Shown: positions 1-11,920, counted from the first letter of the stretch. The stretch is 46,656 nucleotides of DNA from Chara braunii (GCA_003427395.1 BFEA01000006.1:7805854-7852509); one strand, 5' to 3'. Numbers and translations: made by a program. The notes: generated by a model not told the origin, from the sequence alone.

Positions 1-796
1 GCGTGGGGAGCTGCGTTGTGCCATCTNGCTCCCCCTTCTTCCTCCATCTCCATCTGTCTCTAGCGGAGCACCACACCTGGTGGGTCCGCTACACTCGCGG
101 CTCCCACTAACCTCGCCCGCGCCCCTACTCGAACCTCGCTACCCCACGGTGTCCCCTCCACCCTCCCTCTCGAATGCGACCCGCACTCTCCGGCCCTTAA
201 CTCGAGCCTTTCCTTCACCCGCCTCCCCCCCCACTTTGCTGGCCCTACTGAGATACTCCTCTTATTCTCCTCGCCGCTCCCAATCCCACCCCGACACTCT
301 CTGTTACTCCCACCCTTGACATGTCCACCTCCCTTATCCTTCCCGGTAAACCTACTCTCCCTCCCCTCCTCTCCTTCCCCTTCTATCGTCGTCACTCGTC
401 CATCGGCCCTCCTACCCGCCCCGATTACTCCCCGCCACTCCCCTCGCCACCCCACGGCACCCACACTCACTCTTGCTACTTCACCTCTCACCCCCCTTAC
501 CAATCTAATCGGACTGCACACCCTCCCCCTCTGGCATAATCGAAGCCTGAATTCGTGCCTGGCCCATCCCTTCCTCCCCATCTCTTCCCGTCACTTCTCG
601 CCATCTCTACCCAAACTCACGCCTTCCCACGGTGGCTACTCTGCCTGCGCCTTTGCGCTTCCTAGGATGCCTGCTACATCAGTACTACTATAAACTGCGA
701 CCTTACCTCTCTTGTAGTGGCGAGCGTCACGCCGCCTATCCTCCCCATCCCACGAATGCCCCGCTCTCAGTTCTTACCCGATCACCCATTCTCTCA

Positions 797-1285
797 CTTC
801 CATCAATTCATGGTTCGTCTTATTATGAGCTCCCACTTTTGCTACTATTGATGCATTATTTATCCACAGTACAACTTACGTTTATTTTAATCATTATTGA
901 GATTCTTTGGAGGTATTATTATTGTTAATTACTTGCATTACGGAGGTCGCTGCCCTACTTCACGGGCAACGTTTTACACCGTTTCATCGACGCCCTCAAT
1001 ACCCCATTGTCAATATCCTCCGTATTATCTTCCCTCCGTATTACCTTCCATCAATTCATGGTGCGTCCTGTTATGAGTGCCCATTTTTGCTAGTATTGAT
1101 ATATTATTTATCCACAGTTCAGTTTACTGTTATTTTAATCATTATTGAGATTCTTTGGAAGTATTATTATTGTTAATTACTTTGCATTGCTGAGATCGCT
1201 GCCCTACTTCACGGGCAGCGTTTTACGCCGTCTCATCGACTCCCTCAAGTCCCCATTGTCAATATCCTCCGTATCATCTTCCCTC
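797..1285. repeat. Tandem duplication of a ~248-bp AT-rich unit (797-1036, 1045-1285), probably in the LINE 5' region
   Basis: Both units start CTTCCATCAATTCATGG and end ATCTTCCCTC. A partial third copy (CTACTTCACGGGCAGCG) lies near 1817. Confidence 0.85.
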
Positions 1286-2232
1286 TTATTTCGATTAATC
1301 AAGACTGTTGTTATTACCTGGCCTTTTTGTCGGCCGGTCTTTCTACATACTCTGCTTACCCCTGTGCAGTCCCTGTCACTGCCCAGCTGACCCTCTAACC
1401 CCCCTTCCCGTCACTCCAAGTTATACCCTGACATCTCCGCTAAGTCCTCGTCACCCCTTCGCGAACCCTCCGCCTACCTCCCCTCTTACCACCCTTGCCG
1501 ACCCACTTACCCCCCTCTCCAAGCACCGCCCCCCCCGCCACTACCGCATGTATATGCGGCCCGTGCAACGTCTACCCTCCTTCCTACCTCCAACCCAACC
1601 TTCCCTTACCCACCAGGTTATTCTTCTGCTGCACTCACGAACCACTCCCTCTCTATTTATGTTGCGTTGTACTATGAGTACCCACCTTTATTAGCATCGG
1701 TATATTATTTATCCTTATTATAATTTATTGTTATTTTAATCATTATTATTATAATTATGGACATCCTCTGTAAATAATATTGTTGTCAATTAGTTGCAAC
1801 ACCAAGCTCGCTGTCCTACTTCACGGGCAGCGGTACACACCGCTTCATCACCTTCCTTACTAATCTACCTTTTCGCCACAGGCACAATTACTCATCCATA
1901 TGAGGTTTTCCCCCCCGGCATCCCCTCCATCCCCAGTCAATCTCTCTCACTGCACGCCTTAGCCTGCCATTGTGCCCCCTCTTCCCTATTATCCCTGCCA
2001 ACCCACTCAACACTCCTCTCAACCATTGCCACTCGCCTGCCGACCCTCCGACCCCCCCTCCTCACCATACCCCAACACTCATCGACAGCCCTACTCCTCC
2101 TCACCATTACTACTCGCCCATAGCCCGGCCCCTCTCACCACCCCCCGGACCACTTCGATTTCCCACCCTTCCCCCCCTAACCTCACATCCCTTGCCGTTA
2201 CAGTCAAGACTAACCCCCCCCCTAGTCCCAAA

Positions 2233-4298
2233 ATGGACACGCCGTGGATGAATCGGCCACTGTAGTGGATAGCGAGAATGCTGAACTGCAGAAACTCAAT
2301 GGCATGATGAAGGGATGGTTCCTTGACCATGTTTCCCAAGATGTATCGGCGTACGTGGAAACCAACATCAGTGAGGAGGACGACTGCATTGAAATCCGTC
2401 CAACTGAAAAATTTCAGAAAGCCCAAAATGACTTTCTCAAACAAATGACAGTTGCAGTCGTCTTTCAGGGTGAAACCAAAAACTGGTCAAATGACAAAAA
2501 AATTGATTTGATCCGGTATTTGGAGGAATCCGTGCTAACTAAGGAAGAGCTGACAACTCAGAAGGGTACCACACACATGGAAGGGAGGGGTCAGATGACA
2601 TACATTGCCACGAACCTAAAGGTGGTAGAATGGCTCATCCAAACGAAAAAGGAAATGAAGTTCAAAGAAGGAAGCAAATGGCATCTTGTCCTTTTTCGAC
2701 CCTGGCTCCCCTGAGCAGACTGAGAGAAGAAAAGAGAAGAAGATAAAAAAAATAACTACTCGGTGATGGCCATGCGCTTCCCCATTGCTGGCTCAATGTT
2801 CATCAAAACAGGGCTTGAGGCAGCAATGGGTAAGGTGCTCAAGGAATTTCCTCCCATAGGTGATAAAGAAGACCCCAAACTTGGGAATTTAAAGTACCAC
2901 CTACACCCCAGTGCGGAGGAGAGATTCAGATCGCGCATCAAGGTATGGACGGGCTTCGAGTACCTGATGGCGGATTTGGTTAACTCCAACACCACGTGGT
3001 GTTCACAGTGCAACAGACACGGTCACAAACCGGATGACTGTCCGTTCTGTGATAACTGTTATGAAAACAGACACACAACAGAGGAATGCAGGGCTGATGA
3101 ATGGAACAGACAGAAGAGGAACCCCCAACAACCACACTCCTCTCAGTTAGACCTGCTGCAGTCTGTCCAAGCAGGATATTCCGAAAGGAAGCACTCGTGA
3201 GGAGTTCTCAGACAGAGACCAGGATCCACGCCACACAGCCCGCAAGAAGAGGCAGCCCAAATGGAACCAAGGCAGCAACTCGACTCCAGAGCAGAAGGGC
3301 CCCCAACCAACTAGCCATGCTTGGGGCCCCACCAGGCAAAAGGCCAAGGATGCAGCACCACCTGCACCAAACAAATGGGGATGGCGCCCTATCAGACCAT
3401 CGCCTGCAGACATCACAATGACTGACTCAACAAAACTGGGCGATGCATGCTTTGCTGCAGGTTTCTCTTGCCCCCCTACGGGCTCAGGCACACCCTCCTC
3501 ATCGCTCACTCAAGCGGCACAGCCAAAGGGAACGAAAGAATTGGACCCTGGGAAAAGTCAGGTACTAACCCCATCAAACACAATGGATAGTACACCAGTG
3601 CCTACACAGGCACGGGCACGGACACAGATGGAGCATCAAGGCAACACACAGAATGATTCGGGGTCCCAATCTCTGCAATCCCCAATCCTCCTGGGCCCGG
3701 TGTCGCCCGAGGCTCAGCAGGATACGCCGTACGTATTAGCTCCCCTGATCTTCAAGCAATGCAATCAGGGAACGCTTATACTCCTACAACAAAACGACAA
3801 GAACGAGTTGTTTCTTCCATCCCTGACTTCCAACAATTTTCCGCACCCAAATGATTTCCTTTTCTCTGCGCGGAAATCGCTGGACAGAAAGTACTTTGTA
3901 CGTCCGATCCCATCGATGCCGTGCTCCTCTGTCTACAGGAAAGGACACACGGGCAAGACGCACCCAATTCTGAGCATGTACCAGGAAGCGGCCCAGGCCC
4001 AGGAACAGATCCAGCAATAGTGGACAAGCGGCTGCTCTGGGCACCCACAACTTGGTTCAAGCGGAACAATGTGAAGGAACGCTTTTTCCCATCACTTGGC
4101 GATGACATCACTGGGGACGTAATTGCAGACCTTGACGATCACATCCCTAAGGAGAGATCGATCTTTTCCAGGTACATCCTCGAATCGATGAAGATTCCCT
4201 GGGATGTGCGGAGCATGATTTCCACCTCCGACCAAATCGAATCCTCCTCTGTTCCAATCCATCACGGGCAGCAACTATCTGCTGCTAATGGACGATAG
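2233..4298 (+). pseudogene. LINE ORF1 (gag-like, two zinc knuckles), with stops and frameshifts
   Basis: ORF pieces 2244-2714, 2763-3200, 3418-4020, 3921-4298. Motifs CSQCNRHGHKPDDC and CDNCYENRHTTEEC. The last piece overlaps the ORF2 ATG at 4288. Confidence 0.8.
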
Positions 4299-7178
4299 GC
4301 TCTCTATAGCCTCTTGGAATGTCAGAGGACTAGTTGACAGCAACAAGAAACACAAGCGGGCCCGCCTCAAATCATGGGTCCACTCAGAGAGAAAAGCAAT
4401 CACCATGTTACAGGAGACCAAACTCTCAATCGAAAAACTCTCCTCCATGCCTGCATGGTGGAGTGGCCCACAGGTTTGGTCCCCAGCCCAAGGCTCTAGA
4501 GCGGGCACGGGTATTCTGATCCACAGAAAATTGGCCACACTAATTAAGGAATCCCAGATAGATCCTCTCGGCCACTGGTGCTGGGTCACCTTGGCAGTTA
4601 ACAGTCAGAGCTGGTGTTTTATGTCCGTGTATGTACCTGTTGAGCACGGCCTAAAGGCCCCCTTCCTCTCCTCACTCTCCGACATCATACCAGATACACA
4701 ATTTTTGGTTATAGGAGGGGATTGGAATACGGTGCCTAACCCTGGGATCGATTCCACTACCCCCTTATCCCACCCCGGAGAATTTGCTGCATTGAACGAC
4801 TTCACGACCCCTATCGCACACTCCATCCAGAGGTATCCGATTTCACATGGATTTCCTCCACCCCCCCCGAAGACGGAGTCCTCACACGAAGGAGACTGGA
4901 TATCATCCTTACTAACGACGCCGTTCTACAGTTGGCCAACAAGGCGACCATCACTACTGAACCATTGTTAGACCATGAGCCAATCACACTCCAGATCAAC
5001 ATGGGCCTCCAAGTGGCTAGGGGCAAGGGACTATTTTGCCTAAGCCTACACGTACTCGACGACCCTGGAGTGATCAAGTGGGTTTGGAAGACATGGGAGG
5101 AATGGAGAACCAACACCACACTCTTTGAGAATGACGGTCTTTGGTTGGACAAAGGACTGACCCTGCTCTCCAATCAACTCAATCTCATATCCCGGGTCAA
5201 GGCGGTAAACAGGAAATATGAAGAAATCCAATTGAAAAGGAAAGCCGACGCCCTCGAGAAAAACCCCGCGGACTCATTTTTCTCCAGGATCATGACTCAA
5301 CATAGAAGAGCCAGATTAATGCAGGAATGGCAAAACATACAGATCAAACATCATAACTTATGGGAAAGACACAGTTAAATAGACAAAATCCTACACACCG
5401 ACAGGCTAACCAACAAAACTGCAACAACAATCAGCCATACGCGCAACTCCACCCTCATCACTCTCTTAGAACACCTGGACGACCCCTCAAAACCACCTGC
5501 AAAGGAATCGGCAACCTTGTGCGAGTACGTCAAAATTTTTATGAGCAACTTCTCACCTCCGAAAAATCCCCTGGCTCCCCCATCATCCCACCACACCTAG
5601 AACACACCTTGTGGGACGCAACCTCGCGTATTCTCTCTAACATGGAATCTGCCTCGCTGGAGGGTCCAATCTTACTATCCGAACTGACAGCAGCACTGAA
5701 CAACATGGCTAAGGGTAAATGCCCTGGACCAGATGGCCTGCCAGTAGAGTTCTACCTCAAATTTTGGACCCTACTGGCACCGTATATCCTCCGGGTTCTC
5801 AATCAGATTTTGAAGGAATAGCCATTGAGCCCACACGCAGCAGAAGGAATAATAACCGTTCTCTACAAAAAAGGAAACAAAGCTGACGTTAGGAACTACA
5901 GACCAATCTCCCTATTGAATGTTCATGGTAAAATCCTTGCCAAGACATTGGCTCGCCGCATCAACCCCCTCCTAAACAGGCTTGTGCACCCCGATCAATC
6001 CGGCTTCATACCCGGCAGGCAGGTTTTGGACAATGTGATGACCATCTCTCAATCCATCGACTGGATTAAAACCCACAACTTGAACAAAACCGTTATCCTC
6101 ATAGACTTCCAAAAAGCATACGACAGGGTGAACCGGGACTTCGTTCAAGCCACACTAGAAAAGGTTGGGGTGGGACATAATTATAGGAGGTTTGTTAGAG
6201 CACTGTACGGAGCTTCGTCTGGCAAACTTGCAGAGCCCTAGTAAATGGACACCCCTCCACACCCTTCAAAGTCACACGCTCACTGCGCCAGGGCTGTCCA
6301 CTAGCCCCTTCACTGTTCGTAATCCAGCTACAAGTGCTATTGAACATGGTAAGACAACACCCAGACTACACAAGTCTCCAAATATCCCCATCATACTCGA
6401 TCAAGGTGTCAGCATTGGGCGACGATTTCTCAGCCATCTCTGATAATTCCCTCCCACCACTAACCGCGTTGGAACTTTGCCTTTCGACCAACGAAGCAGC
6501 ATCTGAGATGAGAGTAAGTTGACAGAAGTCAGTCGCCCTCACCCCATATGGTCAGCCTCTCGCCTTGGACCTGGGAATTCAAGTCAAAACTGTAGAAGAA
6601 GTCGAAAGATATCTAGGGATTCAAGTCTCCTTTGGAGACTCGGCTGAGGTAGAGAATACAATAATTGAAAACAAAATTAAAGATGCCTGTTCATTGTGGT
6701 CGAAAACCCGCTTTCTATCTCTCCTAGGAAGAGCGACTATCATTAACACATTCATAACATCCAAAATCTGGTACATCCTCTCCATCAGGTCCCCCTCCCC
6801 CAATTCCTTCTCCAATAGCAGACGCCTCCTCACACGCCTGCTGTGGAAGGGTAACTCAAAAGCAGAATCAGCCTTCAGCAAAGTTAGTTGGAGCAAAATC
6901 ACAGAAAAAAAAGCAGCAGGAGGTCTAGGCATCCTGGACCCAGAAAATCAGAACCAAACTCTCTTGGCCAAGTGGCCTGTCCGTGCCATGACTTCTACAG
7001 AAGACCAGCCTTGGATCATACTTGCCCAACACTCCCTAGCTAAGGGATGGAAGCTCTCAGACCGAAATGCATTTTGGAGCGCCCTGCTGATGCGCCCCTT
7101 CACCACCAGACCCTCTACTTCCACCTGGAATAACATTCTTAAAGCCTGGTCTAAGATGATCCCTCAAATGCTTACTGA
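4288..7178 (+). pseudogene. LINE ORF2, 5' part: apurinic endonuclease + reverse transcriptase (frameshifted)
   Basis: APE motifs SWNVRGL, LQET, GGDWN, DHEP. RT motifs PGPDGLP, NYRPISLLN, QSGFIPGR, DFQKAYDRV, RQGCPLAP, ALGDD, YLG, then GGLGI. Confidence 0.93.
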
Positions 7179-8700
7179 TGTGACGCCCAACCTCACGCCC
7201 AGCAAGACTTCCTGTTCGGAGTGTTAGTGGGTCTGGAAGTGCGAAAAGGGGTGTGCCAAGGATTTTTGGAAAGTGGGGGTGGAGTTCCAGGTCGGAACTA
7301 GAATCTCCTGTATCAAGTTTCAGGGGTAGAAGTGCAAGTGGTTCCTCTAGCTCAGAGTTGGGGTGGGCGCCGTTCCTGTGGCCGGGGCCGGGAAAGAGCC
7401 GGGTGCACGAACGGGGTGTTGCGGGCGTCGCTGTGGGAATGCTCGTACCTCTATCGTCCGACACAGAACTCAGAGTCAGAGTCTGATGAGGAGCACGAGC
7501 TGGGTTCTCGTCGTTCTCTCCGGGGAGGAGTCTGGCACGTGGCCTCCGTCTGTTCGTGCTCGTTGGGCTGCTGGCACTCTGGGCACGGTGGCCGGGGCCA
7601 GAATCAGGATATGGAGTCCCAGGGGGTAACTAGCAATCGGTGATATGGGAGGACGATGTAATGGGGAGGGAAATTAGTCGTGATAGCGACGAAGACTAGG
7701 GTGATAAAGTATTGCTGGTGTCTACTGTCGGGATACTCCGGAATTCCGGAGTCCCGGTTGATTGCCAACTGGAAATTGCCCCTACACAGTCGCTCATGTT
7801 CAGTTCGGCAGGGGTAATCAAGGTTCCGCAAGTTTTGTTGCCGTCCGATCCGTTGCTGTCGGAATTGTTGTCGTCAGATCTGTTCCCTTTCCCAATATGT
7901 CCTGCACTCAGGATCTCTCAGGCTTTCGCGGTCGGTAATCCAAAAAGGCGTTTCGATCGCCATATCCGGATCAATGAGACTCACTCACACACATCATTCC
8001 TACGTGGCGGGATCATAACTAGCCCCTGCATGCGTGCGTGTACATGGCAAATCCGTTGATGGATTGCTGTCTTCCACGCGCGTACGCACTGACCAACTAG
8101 TTAAGTCCTAAGCTGCGCGTCCCAATGGCGGAGCAATCTATTGGCACACTGGTCCGATTATGCATGCAACCCCGTTCCCAGAACAACCCCTCCCTGGCTA
8201 TACTTTTATGCATCAGAGGAAAGGGTTATCAAACATTCGACGAGTAGACATACATTCCTAGTAATTCCCGTAATCTCTTACACAGGTCGAACGCAAGTGA
8301 TTGGGCTAATCCCGTGCAGTGAGAACATCGACCAGATATGAGAGAACTCGGACTCGTAGATCAATGCATACACTGCGATCCCGAATGCCGAAAAAACGAC
8401 GAAGTTGAAACCACGCTAATCTACTGAACAAAACAAAATGGAAAAGCAAAGACAACTTGCGAGAAAGAATGCGAGATCGTTCGTCACCATACATACATAC
8501 ATGCATTCCAACAAAGAGATCTGAGAAGATTCACACAGGAAATCCGAAAAGTGCCACAACAAGATTATCTGACGTTGGAATCAAAATTAATATAGAAGGG
8601 GGGAAGGAAAAGACANNNNNNNNNNNNNNNNNNNNNNNNNNNNNNNNNNNNNNNNNNNNNNNNNNNNNNNNNNNNNNNNNNNNNNNNNNNNNNNNNNNNN

Positions 8701-8780
<80 letters not shown>

Positions 8781-9787
8781 GGGCAGTCCGTCGCCACGCA
8801 TCTCAAAGACCTCACAGAGTCGTCACCCCGCTTAGCCTGAGCGTGCAAGCCAGGTTCGCCCACGTGCCACGGTCCCTCGTGGCCACACGTCGACCCCACG
8901 CACTCAGCACCAGCTCGGAGGATCGCCCAACTCTCTACTGAGTCTCAGCGTCTTTCTGCACGTTAGCCGATCCTCTCGACCGCGCTAACTCCCAAGTAGC
9001 TTAGAGAGAAAATTAATCGCGCTTGCAAAATTTATAGCTTGCTAATCAGCGCGCAATAGTCGGGATTGCCAGAGGAATAGGAAAGAAGGGAGAAAGGAAG
9101 TGCCTACGAGTGCATGACTGGACCGCGGCGTGGGGGACGTAGCCTCACTCCACGCTTCGATCCAACCATGCAACGATTTGGCCAATGAGATAGGATGTAG
9201 AGTGCGCATGCGATGACGCGGGAAGGGAATTTCAAGAACGGGGAAAATTACAGTTACTCCTGCGTAGCGGGGAAGGAACAAGAAGATTACAGTTGAGATT
9301 AGAATCTAGGCGCGGCGGGAACAGAGCGCAGGTCCCTGTGCAGCAAAGCGTGCGCACAAGCAAGAGGCGATGTGCAGTTATGGGTAAAAATTCCGACGCA
9401 CCCAATTTCCTAGTCTAATTAAAGTCCTAATTTCAAAAAAAAAATCTGAGAGCCCGCATGGGCTCGTTCTAAATTCAAAAATTCCGAAAGAATTAGTCGT
9501 GCGATTACCGCGCCCAAAAGACGAACGCCTTATTTGAAAACAAAAGAAAAGAAAAGAAAAGAGAAAAAGGCCATAGCCGAAGTTGTCCCCCCCCCCCGCG
9601 CTTGATAAGGCGCGGGCCTACTGTCCCAAGGTCCATACCCACCACTTTCTCTCCCCCGAAGGACCAAGGAGGAAACTTCGAAAAATCAAGAAGGAGGGAC
9701 CGCCATGCAATTTATCCCCTATCCCTTTGTGTACCCCCAATCCCAGTTGCGCAGAAGATGGCGCCTTACAGAAAGTAGTTTGTCACA
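7179..9787 (-). repeat. 3' LTR (core 7190-9787 plus terminal 11-mer 7179-7189); contains (CT)n and an N gap
   Basis: Direct repeat of 18085-20683, colinear with scattered substitutions. Both copies end GTAGTTTGTCACA on +. Confidence 0.93.
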
Positions 9788-9952
9788 TATGTGACGCCCA
9801 GGGGGTTCCATCTTGTGCAAGCTCCCGCTTGCACCCACATCTCTCCCAAGCTCGGAGAAGAAAGAAGAAGGAAGGAAGAAAAAATTGCAATTCCACCAAT
9901 ATTACACGTGTGGAAGTCATCCTGTCGACACGTAATTTGAGTCGTCCTCGTC

Positions 9953-10561
9953 TCAAGGGTGGGGAAGTCGGAAGATGGCTGGGATAGGCAGGGGAGGATC
10001 ATTCGGGAGAGGCGGTAAGAAATTTGTCGTCCCCATCACCATTTTAGGGAGCTCCTGGTACCTGATGATGCGATGGATGCGGGGGATGCGATTTCCGCCT
10101 TCGGGGACGGAAGCAAGATAATCGGGATAGAGGGTTGAGAAGGTGCGAAACAACGCCGTGCGGAACTGCTCATGATCTTCACACACGGGAATAGTTCCCG
10201 TGATGATGCAGTAGACTTCAATGACGTCCTGGTCTCGCCACGTGGTGCTGAATAGAAGGACGTGGAGATAGAAGGAAGAAGAGACACATTGGGCAGCGGG
10301 GTGTGGGTATACTTCGGCGACGAGGCGGGTGGCGTAGAATTGGTGGAAGGTCGAAGAAGGAAAAGGATTAGAGGGGAAGGAGCGAGGAGTATCGATCTGT
10401 CGGAATGTGATGTAATCAAGGGGATGGCGGGATAGGGAACGGGGACGTAACCCGATGTCCTGCATTGCCACGAGCTCGAACTGAGGGACGGGGAGAAGGG
10501 GAGGGGGAGCGGGATCACTTGCGCGTCGTCGTGCCAGAAGTCTCTGCATGAGGGTGCTCAT
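9953..10561 (-). CDS. Gypsy accessory ORF-C (202 aa, unknown function)
   Basis: Uninterrupted ORF between ORF-B and the 3' LTR, same strand as pol, with globular-looking composition. The true start may be the internal MQDIG. Confidence 0.55.
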   Translation of the reverse strand: MSTLMQRLLARRRASDPAPPPLLPVPQFELVAMQDIGLRPRSLSRHPLDYITFRQIDTPRSFPSNPFPSSTFHQFYATRLVAEVYPHPAAQCVSSSFYLHVLLFSTTWRDQDVIEVYCIITGTIPVCEDHEQFRTALFRTFSTLYPDYLASVPEGGNRIPRIHRIIRYQELPKMVMGTTNFLPPLPNDPPLPIPAIFRLPHP

Positions 10562-11438
10562 CTTCCTTGGCTGGCGGCTCGGGATCCTTAGTCAGGTCGT
10601 CCGGAACAGGCAGATCAACTCCCACTGACTGCTCAAATGGCCACTTTCCTTCTGCGATGGCCGCCTTGCGCCGTTCTGCCTCTGGATCCTCTTCCTGGGC
10701 TTCCGCCTGATCCGCTTCCCCTTCTCCGGCCGCTTCTTCTTCGGCCTCCTCCCGCTCTTTTTCTTCTTCTTCTTCTTCTTCGCTCACTACCCCCGCCTCA
10801 CGCTCACTATGCTTACTATAATCCTCGTCCTCTTCGGAGGTCTCTTCCTCGTCTTCCTCGTCTTCCTCCTCCTCTTCTCCTCCGCTCACCGGGTTGAAGA
10901 GAGCGTCCGCAATGGTCCCGGGATCCAGGTATCTGTGCGATGGGTAACAAGCGTTATCATCATCGCCTTCCAGGCATGCTGACCATTGCAGATACGGTAT
11001 CAGGCTGCACGAGAGGATGTGTGGTACTGGACTCTTGTCGGAGTGCGAGATGATGTCAAGCGGAAGGTCGTCTAGCAGCTCAGTCTGGAGGATCAGCAGC
11101 TTGCTTACGATCGTCCGTCGATGGCCCTGCTCGACCGATCCGAAGGCGAATCCTAGAAAATCCTCCTGTGTGTCCGTCTTCCAAGCTTGAATGAGCAGCA
11201 GCTCGACGTCCTCACTAACTGCGGGCTGGTCACCGTCCTTCCACCACGTCAGATCGATATCGACTAAGTACAGCGACAGAGTCGCATACGTCTGCCACCA
11301 CCTTAGCCACTGCTCCGGCTTGATCCTAGGAAGCATAAGCGGGCGCACACAGAAAGAGAGGCAGGGATGGAGTGCGGATTGCCAGAAGAGAGGAAAAGAA
11401 GAGGGGAGACTGAAAGTAGAGAATCTGGAGCGGTTCAT
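10515..11438 (-). CDS. Gypsy accessory ORF-B (307 aa, long acidic C-terminal tract, unknown function)
   Basis: Open 307-aa frame whose ATG overlaps the ORF-A TGA (ATGA at 11438-11435). E/D-rich tract. The frame continues past the TGA as SRSPSPSPRP to ~10416, so that stop may be premature. Confidence 0.65.
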   Translation of the reverse strand: MNRSRFSTFSLPSSFPLFWQSALHPCLSFCVRPLMLPRIKPEQWLRWWQTYATLSLYLVDIDLTWWKDGDQPAVSEDVELLLIQAWKTDTQEDFLGFAFGSVEQGHRRTIVSKLLILQTELLDDLPLDIISHSDKSPVPHILSCSLIPYLQWSACLEGDDDNACYPSHRYLDPGTIADALFNPVSGGEEEEEDEEDEEETSEEDEDYSKHSEREAGVVSEEEEEEEKEREEAEEEAAGEGEADQAEAQEEDPEAERRKAAIAEGKWPFEQSVGVDLPVPDDLTKDPEPPAKEDEHPHAETSGTTTRK

Positions 11439-11920
11439 TGGGGGCGCGGGAAGGGGACAAGCTCCGGGATGAGCACCGCTGGTGCGTGCTGAGAGAGGTG
11501 AATGCCGTTTATGTCAATATTGTCGGTATTGACGATGTTTTCCCCCCGCTACGCAAGCATCTGACTCCACACCCTCGACAATTGCGCTCCCTAATCTCGC
11601 AACGAGTCAAGAATGGTCGTATGCGTTCTGGGGTCGAGCGGAGTAAGATCCCCGCTGAAGATGACAATTGCCAAGATGTGAGCAGTCCCTGGCGCCGAGA
11701 GCCGACCGTAAGCCGAGGCTTCGGCCAGCACGTGTGACCTGCTGTTGGGGATCGCAAATCGAAATTATGCCATCGTGTGGAATCCCGTTGTACTGAAGAA
11801 CTGGGCGAAGCGGAGAGTGTCCGGGCTGATGCGCGGATGATACACTTGCCGAATTGACGAGATATGCCCACCTGGCGCCAACATACGTTCACTGAGTACC
11901 TACTCCATGGAGAAACTCAT
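11435..11920 (-). pseudogene. Gypsy accessory ORF-A (162 codons, 4 internal stops; absent from the ORF track)
   Basis: Manual translation MSFSME*VLSERMLAPGGHISSIRQVYHPRISPDTLRFAQFFST...ELVPFPRPQ*. It starts at ATGA overlapping the integrase stop and ends at ATGA overlapping the ORF-B start. Confidence 0.6.

Noticed and set aside
60-2265. Pro/Ser/Leu-rich ORFs in the first 2.2 kb
   Set aside because: Products of C-rich strand bias with no recognisable domains.
8457-8899. ORFs with SLSLSL/RERERE/CVCVCV/THTHTH runs, here and at 19.3-19.8, 22.6-25.1, 27.1-27.5, 32.4-32.9, 34-36 and 39-40.5 kb
   Set aside because: They are translations of dinucleotide microsatellites and N gaps, not genes.
11509-11892. 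ORF-track 127-aa frame as an integrase extension or chromodomain
   Set aside because: No chromodomain motif. The adjacent frame (ORF-A), bounded by two ATGA overlaps, is the better candidate.
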